Source: an uncultured Gammaproteobacteria bacterium
Lineage (GTDB): Bacteria > Patescibacteriota > Patescibacteriia > 2-12-FULL-60-25
DNA: 64,000 nucleotides
Direction: 5' to 3'
Assembly: GCA_964457295.1 (NCBI GenBank)
Contig: CAYWEE010000001.1
Location: 14,298 to 78,297 of the forward strand
Part shown: positions 61,370 to 64,000 of the stretch, in pieces
Numbering within the stretch: position 1 is the first letter of the stretch
Layout: every line of letters begins with the position of its first letter
The notes under the pieces: generated by a model
Databases searched by the model: none
What the model saw: the letters and a program-made list of their open reading frames with translations, nothing else
Told to the model about the DNA's origin: nothing
Position numbers and translations under genes: made by a program

Positions 61370-62833
61370 ATGCTTCATCGCTTTATCCGTGGAAAGCTGT
61401 CTCAAGCTGGCCTGCTCGCAGGTTTAGCCTTGATGTTGACCATCATTTTTCATAGTTTGTTGGCCCATTGGCCGTATGGTCGGAGTTTTGCCGTCTTCGC
61501 CTTTACTGCTGTTTCTTTGTCATTCATTGTCTTAGCCTTAAAATCTGGGCCACGGAATGGATGGGGATATATATTTTTTTTGCCAGTCATTATGGCGGGA
61601 GTTTCGCAGCTTCTCTATGCTAGTGAAGACAACACGGTGCTTTCCTGGATGGTTGCGATTGTGGCATTTGCGACCGCGATGTATTGGAGTTCCATTCCGC
61701 GTGTAGCCTATGGGGAGGTGAAGGGCTTTTGGCCTCGTGAAGTTATTCGGGCTACCTTGCTACCATTTGCTTCACTACGTTCATATATTGAGGTTCTTTC
61801 GGCTGAGCGTCATTGGGTGATGATTGGTTTGGGAATCGTCATCGCTATTCCGTTTTTACTCATCTTCGCCTTGCTGTTTGGTTCGGCGGATCCGCTCTTT
61901 CAACGCGTCCTCTCCGATATCTTTTCTTTTTCAGACGGGGGAAAAACGGTTGTTCGTTTGTTGCGTGATGTTTTTCTCTTTGCTTGTTTCTTGGGGGCGG
62001 CGTGGACCATGCTTTCTCGGGCCGTTGTCCCGACGATGCGTTCGTGGACGGTGATCGCCATTTCCTCGATTATTCCACAGACCGTTTTGAGTTGTTTGAA
62101 TGTTCTCTTTCTTATTTTTCTGGGTTTCCAAATTCCGTATCTCATGGGTGGCGGTTCCTTTATTGCCCAATATGGCATTACGTATGCGGATTATGCCCGG
62201 AACGGATTCTTTCAGCTTCTGATTGCCGGAGCTATTGCCCTTACGTTGATCCTCGCGATTCATGTGACTACGGAATTCCGCGAGCGTTTTACGCGTTTAC
62301 TCGGAGCGCTCCTTATCATCCAAACGCTCGTGATTTTGGTCTCCGCTGCTTCGCGGTTGCGTCTCTATATTGGCGCCTACGGCCTCACCGTCGATCGTTC
62401 TTGGGCAGCCTACGGTATCTTCTGTATCGCTGTTGTTCTGATCATGACACTTGTAGCGCTGGTGACTCAAGTGGAAAGTTTTCGTTTGCGGAAGCTCTTG
62501 AGTCTTGTGGCGATAGCTTCTTTCTCGCTGCCGTTGCTCGTCAACGTTGAGAGTATCGTGGTCACATATAATATCCAACGCGCCGAAGCGCATCCGGAGC
62601 GGCCTATGGATATGGGATATCTGCAATCCTTGTCTTTTGACGCCATCCCTCCCCAGGTTGCGCTATGGCAGCGTGCGCAGCTTCCAGAATCTTCCAGCCC
62701 TCTATCTGCTGGCGATGTGATTGATCTCCGCGAACATCTGCTGAACCAAAAAACGCAGGTTTCGCAGGAGTCATGGTGGGGGAGAACGTTGTCACAGGAT
62801 GTTGCCGCAGAATCCTTGCAGAGCGTGCGTTAA
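61370..62833 (+). CDS. Polytopic membrane protein (DUF4153-like)
   Basis: About 10 TM helices. Family assignment is weak recall. Confidence 0.55.
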   Translation: MLHRFIRGKLSQAGLLAGLALMLTIIFHSLLAHWPYGRSFAVFAFTAVSLSFIVLALKSGPRNGWGYIFFLPVIMAGVSQLLYASEDNTVLSWMVAIVAFATAMYWSSIPRVAYGEVKGFWPREVIRATLLPFASLRSYIEVLSAERHWVMIGLGIVIAIPFLLIFALLFGSADPLFQRVLSDIFSFSDGGKTVVRLLRDVFLFACFLGAAWTMLSRAVVPTMRSWTVIAISSIIPQTVLSCLNVLFLIFLGFQIPYLMGGGSFIAQYGITYADYARNGFFQLLIAGAIALTLILAIHVTTEFRERFTRLLGALLIIQTLVILVSAASRLRLYIGAYGLTVDRSWAAYGIFCIAVVLIMTLVALVTQVESFRLRKLLSLVAIASFSLPLLVNVESIVVTYNIQRAEAHPERPMDMGYLQSLSFDAIPPQVALWQRAQLPESSSPLSAGDVIDLREHLLNQKTQVSQESWWGRTLSQDVAAESLQSVR

Positions 62834-62882
62834 GCGATATTATCCAGTTTTTCTTAAAAACACACATACGTTAATCATCACT

Positions 62883-63311
62883 ATGCCAACAATCAATCCG
62901 TACATAAACTTTAATGGAAACGCCGAGGAAGCATTTACATTTTATAAATCAATATTCGGCGGAGAATTCGGAAAGATTATTCGTTTTAAAGATATTGCTA
63001 GCGCTGAATTTCCCGTACCAGAGAATGAGGCGAATAACATTATGCGCATTGTTTTGCCGATTGGTAACAATGTTTTAATCGCGAATGATGTTCCTGAAAG
63101 CATGGGACGGGTCAATGAACGTGAAAACCGATCTAAAATAGCTATCAGCGCAGACAGTCGTGAAGAAGCGGACAGATTGTTTCACGGGCTTTCGGAAGGT
63201 GGGGAAGTTGAAATGCCTATGGCCGAAAGTCCCTGGGGTTCATCTTTTGCCATGTTGAGAGACAAATTTGGTATTGAGTGGACGGTGGAATATACACACA
63301 AATCGTCATGA
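62883..63311 (+). CDS. VOC-family protein, PhnB-like
   Basis: INPYINFNGNAEEAFTFYKSIFGG...SPWGSSFAMLRDKFGIEW. Confidence 0.75.
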   Translation: MPTINPYINFNGNAEEAFTFYKSIFGGEFGKIIRFKDIASAEFPVPENEANNIMRIVLPIGNNVLIANDVPESMGRVNERENRSKIAISADSREEADRLFHGLSEGGEVEMPMAESPWGSSFAMLRDKFGIEWTVEYTHKSS

Positions 63312-63361
63312 GCATGGTTCCGCTGATTATACGCTAAGATCTACGTCAAAAAATACATAAC

Positions 63362-63763
63362 ATGAAGAATATCGCAAAAACGATTGCTGAATATCATAAA
63401 GCGCAGACACGAGATATACGGAAGATGTGTGATTTTTTGAGATTGCATATCGATGCATGTTTAAAGAAAGCTGAATCAAAGGTGTGGCATGGTACACCTG
63501 TGTGGTTTATAGACGGCAACCCGATCGTTTCGTATTCTGTTCGTACGAATGGCTCCGTGTCGCTCATGTTTTTTAGTGGTCAGAGTTTTGAAGAGCAAGA
63601 CTTGCAGCCAGAAGGAAAATTTAAGGCGGCTGAAATATTGTATACGGATGTGCAAGAGATCAAGATCACTCATCTCAAGCGGTGGTTGAAGAAGGCGAAA
63701 GATATACAATGGGACTATAAGAATATCGTAAAAATGAAAGGTGTTTTGAAGAGGATCTCGTAG
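63362..63763 (+). CDS. DUF1801 (YdhG-like) domain protein
   Basis: 133 aa, WHGTPVWFIDGNPIVSY...KRWLKKA. Visibly AT-rich. Confidence 0.6.
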   Translation: MKNIAKTIAEYHKAQTRDIRKMCDFLRLHIDACLKKAESKVWHGTPVWFIDGNPIVSYSVRTNGSVSLMFFSGQSFEEQDLQPEGKFKAAEILYTDVQEIKITHLKRWLKKAKDIQWDYKNIVKMKGVLKRIS

Positions 63764-63815
63764 GATGCTCTGGTGAAGATGACAAATAGGTTAAGAGCTG
63801 GCACACTCCTGTTTC

Positions 63816-64000
63816 ATGGCGATTGTTTTGCAGTTGCAGGAAATTTCGAAGTCGTTTGGACCACGGCAGTTGTTTGATGCGGCTACGGTGTCGGTGGCTG
63901 AGGGGCAACGTATTGGGCTCATCGGGGCGAATGGAGCGGGAAAAACCACGCTGTTTCGCGTTATGTTAAAGCAGGAATCCCTCGATAGCGGAGAAGTCGT
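63816..64000 (+). CDS. ABC-F family ATPase, N-terminal fragment (runs off the 3' edge)
   Basis: Not in the ORF track because it has no stop. Manual translation gives MAIVLQLQEISKSFGPRQLFDAATVSVAEGQRIGLIGANGAGKTTLFRVMLKQESLDSGEV, with a Walker A motif. Confidence 0.8.
   Translation, partial: MAIVLQLQEISKSFGPRQLFDAATVSVAEGQRIGLIGANGAGKTTLFRVMLKQESLDSGEV

Overview
This is a compact, about 90% coding, mostly plus-strand bacterial chromosome segment that uses the standard code: TGA serves as a stop, several times in ATGA stop/start overlaps. I saw no rRNA, CRISPR array, transposase, integrase or reverse transcriptase. Many small membrane or secreted orphan genes, a secretin-less type IV pilus locus and characteristic short palindromic intergenic repeats suggest a Patescibacteria/CPR-like or similar monoderm-like organism. 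That placement is inference only. Recognisable content, in order along the window: ftsX 3' end, pepF, HAD hydrolase, DedA, tag, GIY-YIG, tRNA-Gln(UUG), VOC/YecM-like, NUDIX, Smr, Rieske, thermonuclease, VKOR-thioredoxin fusion, pepA. Next comes an antioxidant cluster (glutaredoxin, 2-Cys peroxiredoxin, Fe/Mn SOD, Bcp), then era, an RlmD-like methyltransferase, a SpoU methyltransferase, GT2, murJ, lepA, recJ, a RelE/ParE toxin-antitoxin pair and RNase HI. A large type IV pilus locus follows: secreted protein, 714-aa Cys-rich repeat protein, pilM/N/O, pilB, CheY-like receiver, pilC, 2 pilins, pilD and 4 minor pilin-like genes. The rest is two tandem paralogous membrane proteins, ligA, SDR, gatCA, lgt, two DsbA-like proteins, a double-rhodanese protein, a PEP-utilising enzyme, a polytopic membrane protein, VOC, DUF1801 and an ABC-F 5' end. 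The most unusual signals are non-coding. (1) A ~105-nt hairpin element occurs in two copies, with a 65-nt identical block (56-nt core plus 9 nt of the right stem arm) and a stem that differs by four consecutive compensatory base pairs. One copy lies between pilC and the major pilin gene and the other behind the dsbA pair. (2) A ~115-nt ERIC-like imperfect palindrome occurs in two copies with compensatory changes in two internal helices. One copy exactly fills the gap between two minor-pilin genes, and its outer stem pairs the upstream stop region with the downstream ATG. (3) Several small islands carry compositionally odd orphan ORFs that share leader and terminator modules. All protein calls rest on motif recognition by eye; no database search was possible.
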